DNA of 48,520 nucleotides from Octopus bimaculoides (Eukaryota), in NCBI RefSeq assembly GCF_001194135.2, contig NC_068986.1:8793218-8841737 (forward strand), given 5' to 3'. The first letter of the stretch is position 1. Each line of letters begins with the position of its first letter. Positions 11,746-24,110 of the stretch are shown one piece after another. The position numbers and the translations under genes are program-made. The notes beneath the pieces were generated by a model. It saw nothing but the letters and a program-made list of their open reading frames with translations. It searched no databases and was not told where the DNA came from.

Positions 11746-11826
11746 TCCTAGATTACTGTCAACACGGTAGACACATAAACATCTTACCATTCACACACTC
11801 GCACATGCACGCACGCACGCACACAT

Positions 11827-11878
<52 letters not shown>

Positions 11879-13431
11879 NNNNNNNNNNNNNNNNNNNNNN
11901 NNNNNNNNNNNNNNNNNNNNNNNNNNNNNNNNNNNNNNNNNNNNNNNNNNNNNNNNNNNNNNNNNNNNNNNNNNNNNNNNNNNNNNNNNNNNNNNNNNNN
12001 NNNNNNNNNNNNNNNNNNNNNNNNNNNNNNNNNNNNNNNNNNNNNNNNNNNNNNNNNNNNNNNNNNNNNNNNNNNNNNNNNNNNNNNNNNNNNNNNNNNN
12101 NNNNNNNNNNNNNNNNNNNNNNNNNNNNNNNNNNNNNNNNNNNNNNNNNNNNNNNNNNNNNNNNNNNNNNNNNNNNNNNNNNNNNNNNNNNNNNNNNNNN
12201 NNNNNNNNNNNNNNNNNNNNNNNNNNNNNNNNNNNNNNNNNNNNNNNNNNNNNNNNNNNNNNNNNNNNNNNNNNNNNNNNNNNNNNNNNNNNNNNNNNNN
12301 NNNNNNNNNNNNNNNNNNNNNNNNNNNNNNNNNNNNNNNNNNNNNNNNNNNNNNNNNNNNNNNNNNNNNNNNNNNNNNNNNNNNNNNNNNNNNNNNNNNN
12401 NNNNNNNNNNNNNNNNNNNNNNNNNNNNNNNNNNNNNNNNNNNNNNNNNNNNNNNNNNNNNNNNNNNNNNNNNNNNNNNNNNNNNNNNNNNNNNNNNNNN
12501 NNNNNNNNNNNNNNNNNNNNNNNNNNNNNNNNNNNNNNNNTATATATGTATATATATGTATATATATATGTATATATATATGTATATATATATGTATATG
12601 GGTGTGTGCATGTGTGCATATGTATGTATGCATGTATGTTTGTCTGTCTATCTGTCTGTATGTATGTACATATGTATACATGAATCTGTATGTAAATACT
12701 TACTCCTCAAACTAAATATATATAGTCATATTGTATTATCTATATCTATCTATATATGTGAGTGTGTGCGCGTGTGTGTGTGTGTGTACATATATTTTGT
12801 ATCTATAAATATTTATATCTAACAATATGCACATTCACCTACATGCGTATATCCGTATCTTTGTGCGTGTATGTATGTCTGAATGTATGTTATGTACGTA
12901 TATATATTTAAATGTATATATGTAATTGACTTGTCAAATTCCTTTCATCTGTTCTTCCAAACTTTTTCCTTTCCAATTTGTTGGCTCCAAAATCCCACTG
13001 CCATCTTTTCTTATCTATCACCTTGTCATTTATTCCCGGCATCCATCTTTACTCTATAGCTCTCAGCACTACTGACAAAAGCCGTCTTCTTCTATATATG
13101 TTTACTATATGGCCATCAATATTTTTTTCTCCTGTCTTCTTCGCCACTGATCTTTAACTCCTTTTGAAAAAAAGATTATCTTTTGAAGTAACTTGAACCA
13201 TCTATTCTTTCGGTAGCGTGCGTTCAGTTCTCTGTACGCATGCGCTTTCAACTCAGCCATATCCGCAAGGTATATACATATATGAATTATCGGATTAACG
13301 TAAGCAACTCTTCGTGTTTTCGTTGCCTGTAAATATTCATATTTAAATAAACATATTAACCCACAATCAAATGCAAGTTACTCACAAAAACGCAATCGAT
13401 AATCTATTTATCCCTTTCTATCTCTGTCTGC

Positions 13432-13432
<1 letters not shown>

Positions 13433-13491
<59 letters not shown>

Positions 13492-13649
13492 GTCTGTCTG
13501 TCTGTCTGTCTGTCTATATATCTATCTATCGAACATTCTCTCTTTCTGTCTGTCTGTCCCTTTCTCTCTCTACAGCTCTCTTTCTGTCTGTCTGTCCCTT
13601 TCTCTCTCTACACCTCTCTTTCTGTCTGTCTGTCCCTTTCTCTCTCTAC

Positions 13650-13698
<49 letters not shown>

Positions 13699-13720
13699 TT
13701 TCCCTCTCTCTGTCTATCTA
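13433..13720. repeat. Compound (CTAT)n/(CTGT)n/(CT)n microsatellite
   Basis: Directly visible. Confidence 0.95.
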
Positions 13721-13749
13721 TATGAAGCAATTACTATTGTACAATTCCG

Positions 13750-13850
13750 ATCGTTAGGTTGATATTTCGATACAGCGACCGGGTGCTGCACTGTGTTCTT
13801 GAGTAAAGCTCTTCATTTCCCTTCGTCCTAGTTCGTTCAGCAGAAAATGC
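13750..13850 (+). mobile_element. Old SINE family C-like head
   Basis: ctgtgttcttgagtaaagctcttcatttc..tagttcgttcagcagaaaatg resembles gtgtccttgagcaagacattttatttcacg..gttcactcagctggcaaaaatg of family C. Confidence 0.5.
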
Positions 13851-14200
13851 GGAATCCTCACAGGCCCTGGCATTCGATTAGGGGTGGCGGAGAGAATGGT
13901 GTAATCTTAGTCGGTCTAATCCTAGCGAAATCGGCTTAAACTCCGGTCTAACGCGCCTGTAGGGTTCAAACTGACTTAGGGCATTATGAAGATAGATTTT
14001 TACGTTTATGTACAATATCTGCTTAATGTTTTTATATCTCTATCGACACACACATACACACATTTATACACATACACACATTTGCACACACACATATACA
14101 CATATGCATATGTACACATATACACACACATATACATACACATATATATATATACACATAGATACGTGCATAGACATGGCGAGTGTATGTGTGTGTATAT

Positions 14201-14657
14201 TCTTTTGCTTGCTTCAGTTATTTGACTGCGGCCATGCTGGAGCACTGCATTTAGTCGAACGAATCGACCCCAAGAGTTATTCTTTGTAAGCCTAGTACTA
14301 ATTCTATCGGTTTCTTTTGCCGAACCGCTAAGTTACGGGCACATAAACACACCAATATCGATTGCCAAGCGATGGTGGGGGGACAAACATAGACGCACAA
14401 ACACACACATACACACATACATATATGACGGGCTTCTTTCAGTTTCCGTCTACCAAATCCACTCACAAGGCTTTGGTCGGCCCGAGGCTACAGTAGAAGA
14501 CACTTGCCCAAGGAGCCACGTAGTAGGACTGAACCCGGAACCATGTGATTGGTAAGCAAGCTTCTTTATTTCATATAGATTTGCCATACAGGCATTACGG
14601 AGAGGGGACAAACAAGGACAGACAAACATAAAGGGTGAAGAAGCCACTCCTGCACCT
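14201..14657 (-). mobile_element. SINE family B, full length, with a ~70-bp family-A tail module inserted in its head
   Basis: The whole family-B consensus is present on the - strand. 14565-14637 carries agaggggacaaacaaggacagacaaac, the tail module of family A. Confidence 0.9.
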
Positions 14658-14680
14658 GCACAGTCATTCCTGCGCTTTTT

Positions 14681-15058
14681 ATTCTTTTTCTTGTTTCAGC
14701 CATTAGACTGCGGCCATGTTGGGGCACCACCTTGAAGAATTTTAGTCGAACGAATCGATTCCAGCGCTTATTTTGTTTTAAGCCAGGTACTTATTCTGTC
14801 GTACTATTTTGCCGAACCGCTAAGTTACGGGGAGCTAAACACACCATCAGCGGTTGTCAAGCCGGTCGGGGACAACCCTCCCCACCACATATATGACCGG
14901 ATGATTTCCCGTTTCCATGTTTCGTCTATCAGATCCACTTACGGGATTTTGGTCTGCTCGAGGCTATAGTAAAAGATACTTGCCCAAGGTGCCACGCAGT
15001 GGGACTGAACCCGGAACTAGGTGATTGGCATGCAAGCTTCTTATACTGTCAGCTACGC
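14681..15058 (-). mobile_element. SINE family B, second head-to-tail copy
   Basis: ttgtttcagccattagactgcggccatg..ccgaaccgctaagttacgggg..cttgcccaaggtgccacgcagtgggactgaacccggaac. Confidence 0.88.
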
Positions 15059-15065
15059 CTGACAC

Positions 15066-15099
<34 letters not shown>

Positions 15100-16308
15100 N
15101 NNNNNNNNNNNNNNNNNNNNNNNNNNNNNNNNNNNNNNNNNNNNNNNNNNNNNNNNNNNNNNNNNNNNNNNNNNNNNNNNNNNNNNNNNNNNNNNNNNNN
15201 NNNNNNNNNNNNNNNNNNNNNNNNNNNNNNNNNNNNNNNNNNNNNNNNNNNNNNNNNNNNNNNNNNNNNNNNNNNNNNNNNNNNNNNNNNNNNNNNNNNN
15301 NNNNNNNNNNNNNNNNNNNNNNNNNNNNNNNNNNNNNNNNNNNNNNNNNNNNNNNNNNNNNNNNNNNNNNNNNNNNNNNNNNNNNNNNNNNNNNNNNNNN
15401 NNNNNNNNNNNNNNNNNNNNNNNNNNNNNNNNNNNNNNNNNNNNNNNNNNNNNNNNNNNNNNNNNNNNNNNNNNNNNNNNNNNNNNNNNNNNNNNNNNNN
15501 NNNNNNNNNNNNNNNNNNNNNNNNNNNNNNNNNNNNNNNNNNNNNNNNNNNNNNNNNNNNNNNNNNNNNNNNNNNNNNNNNNNNNNNNNNNNNNNNNNNN
15601 NNNNNNNNNNNNNNNNNNNNNNNNNNNNNNNNNNNNNNNNNNNNNNNNNNNNNNNNNNNNNNNNNNNNNNNNNNNNNNNNNNNNNNNNNNNNNNNNNNNN
15701 NNNNNNNNNNNNNNNNNNNNNNNNNNNNNNNNNNNNNNNNNNNNNNNNNNNNNNNNNNNNNNNNNNNNNNNNNNNNNNNNNNNNNNNNNNNNNNNNNNNN
15801 NNNNNNNNNNNNNNNNNNNNNNNNNNNNNNNNNNNNNNNNNNNNNNNNNNNNNNNNNNNNNNNNNNNNNNNNNNNNNNNNNNNNNNNNNNNNNNNNNNNN
15901 NNNNNNNNNNNNNNNNNNNNNNNNNNNNNNNNNNNNNNNNNNNNNNNNNNCTCTTCCGATCTTATATATATTTGGGCCGATAAGTTTTCATGAGTCAGAG
16001 TAAAGAGACACCCGTAATGAAGTGGGTATATTTTGGTGTCTTGTATCAGATCCACTGCATATGACCTTCTCAATCTTTGCTCTATTGATAGGATCAATGA
16101 GCTGGGTTTAATTCGAGGGTGTTTTGTGTTGGCGTTGTAACATTGTTTCTTGTATTATGACTGTCTGAATGATGTATGTGACGAAATTTTGGTAGTTCCT
16201 GAGATGTCTTTTAGACTTTGGTGTTGTTTTACAGTACGTTTTTTTTTGCTATTTTCCCTTGCATTTTATACAGCTTCTCTTAGCGAGAATATACACAGTA
16301 AGCGATGA

Positions 16309-16408
16309 GAGAATTTTAGAATATATACCATGGCATTGGAGAATTCCAGAATATACACCAAGTCGTATGAGAATTCCGGAATATATATATCATGTCATAG
16401 GAGAATTC
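16309..16408. repeat. Diverged 30-bp minisatellite (3.3 units)
   Basis: GAGAATT(T/C)(T/C)(A/G)GAATATA starts at 16309, 16339 and 16369; a partial GAGAATTC starts at 16401. Confidence 0.8.
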
Positions 16409-17870
16409 TATCTCCGATTGTCTGGTCGTGGTATCCAGGGAAAAAAATGTATCTCTCATCTTCGAACCATGAAACTGAAATGGAATACCGATTCCCGAGT
16501 GTCGACTGTGGTTTTAAAATATATTTACTGGGATTAATATACCTCGACGGGAAAGGGCAGACGATATCTCTCTCACTTTCTAACAAAAATGAAATGGAAA
16601 ATATAAAACATTGTGTTGTTGGCAAGAGAGAAATAATTTATATGTCGAGATAAATTGACGATAGTGAAATTAAAATGATGAATTACATTAGTGGAAGTCA
16701 GCTCCGGCAGCATTAATGAAGCTTCTTGATTGAATTTCTACTTGGTTGAGTTTATGTCAACTAACAGAGATTTATGCCGAGATTAAGGCCAGATAATGTA
16801 AGTTTTATACTAATGATGTTATTTTAATGGGTCTTATCAACAGGAAAATCAAAATTACTTTGAAGTGCTAAAATTCCAACAATAGAAATTTCCAAATCTG
16901 TTCTTTTTTTAAAATTTCAACGCTTATTATTTTTTTTATTTGATTTATGTTTTAAAAAGATAATAAATGGGTTACATTAAAAATTAAAATGATTTGAAGC
17001 GAAATATATTCGCTGCTGTTAATAGAAAGAAAAAGAAAAAAAAAATGTGATTTAACAATATTTATGGGTTGCTCCAATTCCGGTTTGTCAATTAAAAAAC
17101 AATATCATATATCCATCATACTTGCTGCTGGATAAAAAAAATGAAAAAAAAATACAAAGAAAAAAAAGAAGCACAGCAGGAAAATTATTGTTTTGGGTAA
17201 TTAAAAAAGTAAATCTGAAGATTTTGAAATGAAATTTTTTCTAAACCAGAAAATATTATAAATTTATTAATATTTGATTTAAAAGGCAGTTTTGAGCAGA
17301 AATTCCCTGGAATTGGCTCCATCGATTCAGTCATAGCAAGAAAATGAAAGACACTTCGCCGAGAAAAATAACCACAAAAACTAAAAAAAAAAAAAAAAAA
17401 AAAAAAAAGACCTCGACTTATTTCTTATTTTCAAGTATTTTTATTTCTATTTTGCATTTTAAAGAGAAAATCGCTTTGACCTTCTTTGTGGAAGTATAAA
17501 TATTTCAATAAATAATAATTAAAAAAAAAAGATCAGAATTAGATGTTTACAGGATACCAATAATTTCTGCAATAATCAAGGGTCGTGGAGGTGAGAGAAA
17601 CGGTAGAATGCCAGGAGAGGTGATTAATTTTTGGTTCCACGTTAAAAACCTATCGCAATCAATTTTGACTTAAATCTATCCGGAATTAGTAAAGCCAATA
17701 CCAGTAATATACTGGACGACAATCAACCCATTAGACATTATCTCTGAAGGTGAGTGACCAGTGCCCAACTGATAAATGCTGGAATTGCTACTGCCTTGAC
17801 CCAAACTTCCAATTCAGTGGTTACCATTATTTAGCTTAATGTTTCTTCCACATCTCTACTCCATTGATTG

Positions 17871-18181
17871 CGTTCCGATCAATGGAACAACCAATTGATC
17901 CGATCAATGGAACAACCTGCTCGAGAAATTTACATGAAAATGGTTGAGCACTCTGCAGACGCGCGTACCCTCAACGTAGTTTATAGGGAGATTCAGCATG
18001 ACACAGAATGTGACAAGACTGGTCCTTATAAATTACAGGTACAACGCATTTTTGCCAGCTGAGTGAACAGGAGTAACGTGAAATAAAATGTCTTGCTCAA
18101 GGACACAACATTCCGCTGGAAATCGAACTCACAACCTTACGATCGTGAGCCGATTACTCTAACCACTAAGCTAAGCGCCTT
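17871..18181 (-). mobile_element. SINE family C, full length
   Basis: On the - strand: A-box tagcttagtgg, B-box-like gttcgatttcc, then gtgtccttgagcaagac..ctcagctggcaaaaatg..cttgtcacattctgtg. The tail has a 19-bp duplication (tccgatcaatggaacaacc x2). Confidence 0.88.
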
Positions 18182-18368
18182 TACTGAGTATGATATACAT
18201 TGAAAGTGAGATTATTGGCCAAAGCCCCGCCCCCGCCAACCAAAACAAAGTGATACGGAAGGCTAAAACCTTCTGTGCCAAACGCATCAGCTGAATAAAA
18301 TAAAATAATAAGAGCTTAAGTGTGATTCGAAACCACTCACAGATTCGTTACATTTTGATCTAAATTTG

Positions 18369-18566
18369 GTTTCAAATATTGGCACAAGGCCAGCAATTCC
18401 ATGAGAGAGGAGTAAGTCGATTACATCGACCCCAGTGTTCTGCTGGTACCTACCTTGTCGACCCAGGAGGGATGAAAGGCAAAGTCGACCTCTGCGGAAT
18501 TTGAAGATGGACGAAATGCAGCTAAGCATTTTGTACGGCGCGTTAACAATTCTGCCAGCTCGCCCA
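18369..18566 (-). mobile_element. SINE family A monomer
   Basis: gtttcaaatattggcacaaggccagc..gatgaaaggcaaagtcgacctctgcggaatttga..ttctgccagctcgcc. Confidence 0.87.
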
Positions 18567-18789
18567 CTTACAGCTAAATTATTAAAACACTTTGAAGCCT
18601 TCCGAACTAAACTCAATGGAAAAAATATCACGTCACAGTTTTATTTTCTATTTTTCTGCATTAAAGTAAAATAAAGTTTTACAAATCTCAGTTAGTTGCA
18701 AGGAGGTTTGCTAAACCAAAGCATTAGTGAATGAAAGCTTTTCAGTTAAGAGTGGTCTTCAGAAAAAGAAACAGTAGAGCAACACACAC

Positions 18790-18860
<71 letters not shown>

Positions 18861-19369
18861 NNNNNNNNNNGTTACATATATATACATACATACACACACA
18901 CACACATTTATGCATACAGAGAGAGAAAGAAATAGAGAAAGAGTGAGAAAGAACGTCGAGAAATGCAAAGAAAAAAAAAAAATTCTACCAAACTATAGAA
19001 TAGAGGCAGGGAAAAAACTTAGAGACTTGCATCAGAAAAACACGGAACATCTTTAAATAGAAAACATGTCCTATGCCTTATTGAATAATCCGGATTATCG
19101 TTGAGACGCTGCTTAAATGTATCAAGGAAATTCTGTAAAATAAGACCAATGTAGACTACCAAAAATATCCAACGAAAGCAGCTTAGGAAGATTGATGGGA
19201 ATCAAAGTGATACGTCTAAAGAAAGATTGGAAACCGACAGAAGAAAGCAAAGCTAGTTACGAAATATTGAAATGTAGAAACTTTTAAGGGAAAATGTTTT
19301 GGGGATTATTGTAGAATCTGGGTCAGTTTGAGACGGTACCATTAATGCTGGATACAGTATAGTCAAATA

Positions 19370-19676
19370 GGTAAGTTCATTTCGCAATGACAAGGTGCCG
19401 GGTTCGATCCCACCGTATGGCATATTGGGAAAATGTTTTCTATAGTCACAGGTTGATCTATACTTAGTGACTAAAGCTGGTAAGAGGGGAAACTGTACGG
19501 AACCCTTCGGGTGGAATGTATCCGTAATTCAAAAGATATAGGCTTGTCATATACTGTGTCATACTGATTCTACCTAAGAATTACGCTAGAGTTTCAGGAA
19601 TATTCAGCTACTTACACGTTAAATCAGGGGCAAGTAATTCAGCTGATCGAACAACTGAATCCTCGTCGATTAACCT
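19370..19676 (+). mobile_element. Old SINE with a B-like head and C-like 3' part
   Basis: gggttcgatcccaccgtatggcatattggg..ggaaactgtacggaaccc (B-like), then ggcttgtcatatactgtgtcatactgattc..gatcgaacaactgaatcctcgtcg (C-like). Confidence 0.65.
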
Positions 19677-21262
19677 TGAAGATCCATCAATGTAAAATCA
19701 GAAACTTTAAAGAATAAAAGCCCAGTAGGAAACTGCCATATTCCAAAATACTGGAACTAACGCATAGATGTCAGGTAGATGTGTACTTATGGTTAGAAAA
19801 TACTTTCATACATTATTGGTGATTAGATTTTACTGAGTTTTAACATAATTTTTCTTTAACTCAATGTCTTTTGGAATAGAATTCAACTGGAACTTTTAAT
19901 CTGTGAAGACCGATCATAGCGAAGGTAATGGAGTGAAATGCACCTCGGCTCAACTATTTATATTTCACCATTTCGGTCGGCATTAACAGTCACTATCGAA
20001 GTGTTTTCTATTCCTTTAAAATGTTTGAAATGCACCTAGTCAGTAAAGGAGACCCATCAAAACTCCTGGATTCCGGGCAGGAGTACCTCTACTGTCTCAG
20101 GGAGAAACTCCATGTCTGTCAGCTACCCGAGTACCTTATAACAGATTGGTATCGTTTCATCTCAATAGCTTTTAGGAAAGGCATGAACATCACAGCTCTT
20201 CATTTCATCTTCTCTTAAGTCTTAGGCTTTTTATGTCCACACATTTTTCGAAGTTGGTGAGACGCCACCAAGGCAGCTTGTAATTCATTGATCGATCTGT
20301 TCAAAATAAAGAGTACAAAAAAGAAAAAAAAAGATGACGTTTTAAAACTGACATACTAAGACGGGGTAGATAAATTTGAAGAAGACGCCATGTCTGTTAC
20401 TAGAACAGTCTACTGAAAGCAGACGATCGAAACAGATATTTGCATATGTGAAGCGTTGAATATGTTGTTTGCTCAATGATATTCGATTGATTTCCTGTGT
20501 GACAAAGACTTACTGAAGCAGAACTGAGTAAGGCTACTCACTAACAACACCAACATGAACAGGAAATTGTTCAATGGTATTAAAAAAAAACATAAACAAA
20601 ACAAAAAACAAAACAATGTCCATTATTTAACCAACTGCAAAGGTTTTGTCCTGTCAAAAATAATAATATCCAAATGACTGAAGTTTCATGAATATTTAAG
20701 ACGACATTGTTACAAACCGTTAATTTGTTCGATTCTTTGAGCACTTCTCCGTTCGCTAATGTATTTCCTTTGTCGTTTAAAGGCTTACATCAGGAACACT
20801 GTTTCATAACCCACAAACGGCGTAAATACAAGAATCATTCGATTACATATTATGCTCTACCCTCGTCTTGAATTTAATATTCACCTTTACAACGCTTTTA
20901 TTAAACTACAAACAACGTTATACTCTCGTAATTAAACTGTTAATAGAAACAAGATTTATAACCGACTATTAAAGAGCGATTTTCCATTTTCGCTGCTATT
21001 TAATATACTGGAAACCATTTTATAATTCTTCATTAATACGACGAGCCACATTAACTCCGAAGTAGAAAGAGAAGAAATGAAAGGTTAAGGAATGGACAAT
21101 GAGGAATTTCCTCAAAGAGAATCAATGCAGTTTGTTGAGTGGGGCCGAAAAAGAAATGGTAGCTGGTCCCTTGAATAAAGTAGACGGAATCTCATGGAGA
21201 GCAGCGGCAGCTTTTCACGGGAAATTTCTCATTGAATTATTGGAGTATTTATAATAATTATT

Positions 21263-21276
21263 GTCTCCATGGTAAC
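21263..21276. promoter_or_regulatory. RFX X-box-like motif
   Basis: GTCTCCATGGTAAC fits GTYNCYATRGNAAC. Motif match only. Confidence 0.35.
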
Positions 21277-21339
21277 AGGTCACTTCATAAGCAGAAAGAC
21301 AGAAAAAAAATAGAAAGAAAAAAAGGGAAGGGAGAGATT

Positions 21340-21415
<76 letters not shown>

Positions 21416-21570
21416 AAGTATAAAGATAGGTTAAGTGAATGAGAAAATTGGAAATGAAAGAGTTATTACGAGAAAGAAAGAAAGGGATATTAATGAAAGA
21501 GAGGGAGAGAGAGAGAGAGAGATGAAAGTAGAGTAGATAAGTGAGTTGAACCTGTACAGATGTCTAAGTT

Positions 21571-21637
<67 letters not shown>
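21340..21637. repeat. (GA)n purine tracts
   Basis: Directly visible; runs into the N gap at 21638-22035. Confidence 0.95.
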
Positions 21638-23145
21638 NNNNNNNNNNNNNNNNNNNNNNNNNNNNNNNNNNNNNNNNNNNNNNNNNNNNNNNNNNNNNNN
21701 NNNNNNNNNNNNNNNNNNNNNNNNNNNNNNNNNNNNNNNNNNNNNNNNNNNNNNNNNNNNNNNNNNNNNNNNNNNNNNNNNNNNNNNNNNNNNNNNNNNN
21801 NNNNNNNNNNNNNNNNNNNNNNNNNNNNNNNNNNNNNNNNNNNNNNNNNNNNNNNNNNNNNNNNNNNNNNNNNNNNNNNNNNNNNNNNNNNNNNNNNNNN
21901 NNNNNNNNNNNNNNNNNNNNNNNNNNNNNNNNNNNNNNNNNNNNNNNNNNNNNNNNNNNNNNNNNNNNNNNNNNNNNNNNNNNNNNNNNNNNNNNNNNNN
22001 NNNNNNNNNNNNNNNNNNNNNNNNNNNNNNNNNNNGACTCGTAACGTTCTTAACATTATATTTTGTAATGTAATGTCGTCTGCCATAAAAGGTTCGATTT
22101 CAGTAAAAACGAGGCTGCGATCCTTGATTAAGTCAATTCATATAATTCTAGAATATTGTTTAAAGAAAACAGGAACTTTGCAACTTCTGATCCTGGATTT
22201 CGTATAAGAAACGCGAGCGCTCTCTCTCTCTCTCACACACACACACAAACATACACACGCATACTACATACAAACATACACAATCCCATGCCAACACACA
22301 CACACACGCAAGTCACACATACTACATACAAACATGAATAATTCTGCGCACACACACACTGCACACATATACACCTGCATTGACTACAACTCGATCATGA
22401 ACCCCGAAGTTTATATTTAAAACAGTTTTAGTTTTGTTAAGAACTAAACCTGAGAAGTGTTTGACGCAAGCTTTCACTGCCTGAGTATCAAACATTCAGC
22501 AGTTGTGGGACTTTATCTTCTAACCAGAATTTCTTTTAAGTCTGTAGTCATCATGAAAACGAGAAGAAATAGTTCACTGCTGGCCCAGTAAATACGTTTA
22601 GCTCGGTGGAAGGTGTGTTATTTTGGTTAGACAACTGTTAAGAAATTATAAGTTCAGTAACCTAGTCTAGGAATTAAATGACAGTATGTGTGTTTATTAT
22701 TAGCAGAATGACCCTCCCGAGAAAAAAAAAATTATGTTTCAACTCTTGAGTTCACATCAATAACCTTACGAACCATATACGAAAAAGAAAACAGACTTTT
22801 TTTTTTTAAAAATAGAAAAATGAAATATTTGTTGTCAGCATGACGTCATTTGGTGATGTAAATTGGTGGCTGGAGGGTTACGGCTAAGAAAGAAAGCTTT
22901 TAATTTGGAGACAGAAAAATAAGAGTACCGCAAAAAGTTCGTTGCATGTTATTATTTTCTGCGACGAAAGTTGATCTCCACGCCCCTAATAATGCAAGGT
23001 ATTGGATCTTGACTCTTGAGAATAATGATATATTATTGTTATTCTTTTACATAAGATTTCAGTCATCTGCTTTTTCAATCATTTTGTTGTAATAGAATGG
23101 GAAATATGCGTGCGTGCGTGTGTGCGTGTGTGCGTGCGCGCGCCT

Positions 23146-23176
<31 letters not shown>

Positions 23177-23199
23177 CGCGCATGTGTGCGTGTGTAAGT

Positions 23200-23300
23200 A
23201 GTCCATTGCTTGAAGAGCGAGCATGATGGGGCTGTGAATCTTGTTGCAGAAATAATCTGAAGATTGTCACATTGGGATAGACTCCGCCCCTAAAAGCCAA
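23200..23300 (-). mobile_element. Tc1/mariner transposase relic (second catalytic Asp region)
   Basis: GGVYPNVTIFRLFLQQDSQPHHARSS resembles the DDE motif FQQD(N/S/G)AP.H.(A/S). Confidence 0.5.
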
Positions 23301-23520
23301 CTCTGCGTATTTAGCATACGTTTGTGTATAACTTGTTTACATGTGTTTGATTGTATGGGTATGTACGATGCGCTCAAATTATATACACATACATACATAC
23401 ATGCATGTATACATATGTACACACACACACACGCACACACAAATCGGTAGTGATGTAGATAAATACGATTAAACTTGATATGTATAAATATAATACATAT
23501 ACATATGTAGATGTACAAAT

Positions 23521-23561
<41 letters not shown>

Positions 23562-24110
23562 CATATGTTTACAAATAAATTTACTTCTATATGGAGTATA
23601 AAGAATACAGAAAACTAAGGGGAGAATGCATAACGCGACAGCTGTTTCTGGGAGGTCGCAGTTACGTAATAGCTGTAATGTTCATAATTAACAGGTGGAA
23701 TATGCAAGGGTCCATGGGTATTCAACCCGAAGATGGATGGATATGTCTCTATGCATGAATCTACAGAAATATACGTCCCACAAACGGCTGTTACGTTAAA
23801 AAACTATGCATTCTTCCACTAGTTTTCGGTATTGTTTATAGACCATGTAAATTTATTTGTTAATATATATAAATATCTACATGCTTTTACATATTTATTT
23901 AATCTTCTGAATATATTTAGTTTTGTATTTAAATATATCTCTATATATATCTATAATCGTGTTTATCTGCAACATTATCTCCATATCAGTTCACCTGGAT
24001 TTCACTTATAGCCACTCTTTATCCCGTGGATCTCGACTTCGAGGTGTAAGTTCAAATCATTTGAATACTGCTACCTGTTTTCTATTTTGAACATCTCTAG
24101 ATCTCAACTG

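Noticed and set aside
16309-16408. CRISPR-like repeat/spacer appearance
   Set aside because: Only three units, the 13-15 nt variable parts resemble each other, the context is eukaryotic and there are no cas genes. It is a minisatellite.
17553-17755. Strong donor AAG|GTGAGT near 17749
   Set aside because: All three frames from the nearest good acceptor (17552) contain stops. A non-coding exon cannot be supported.
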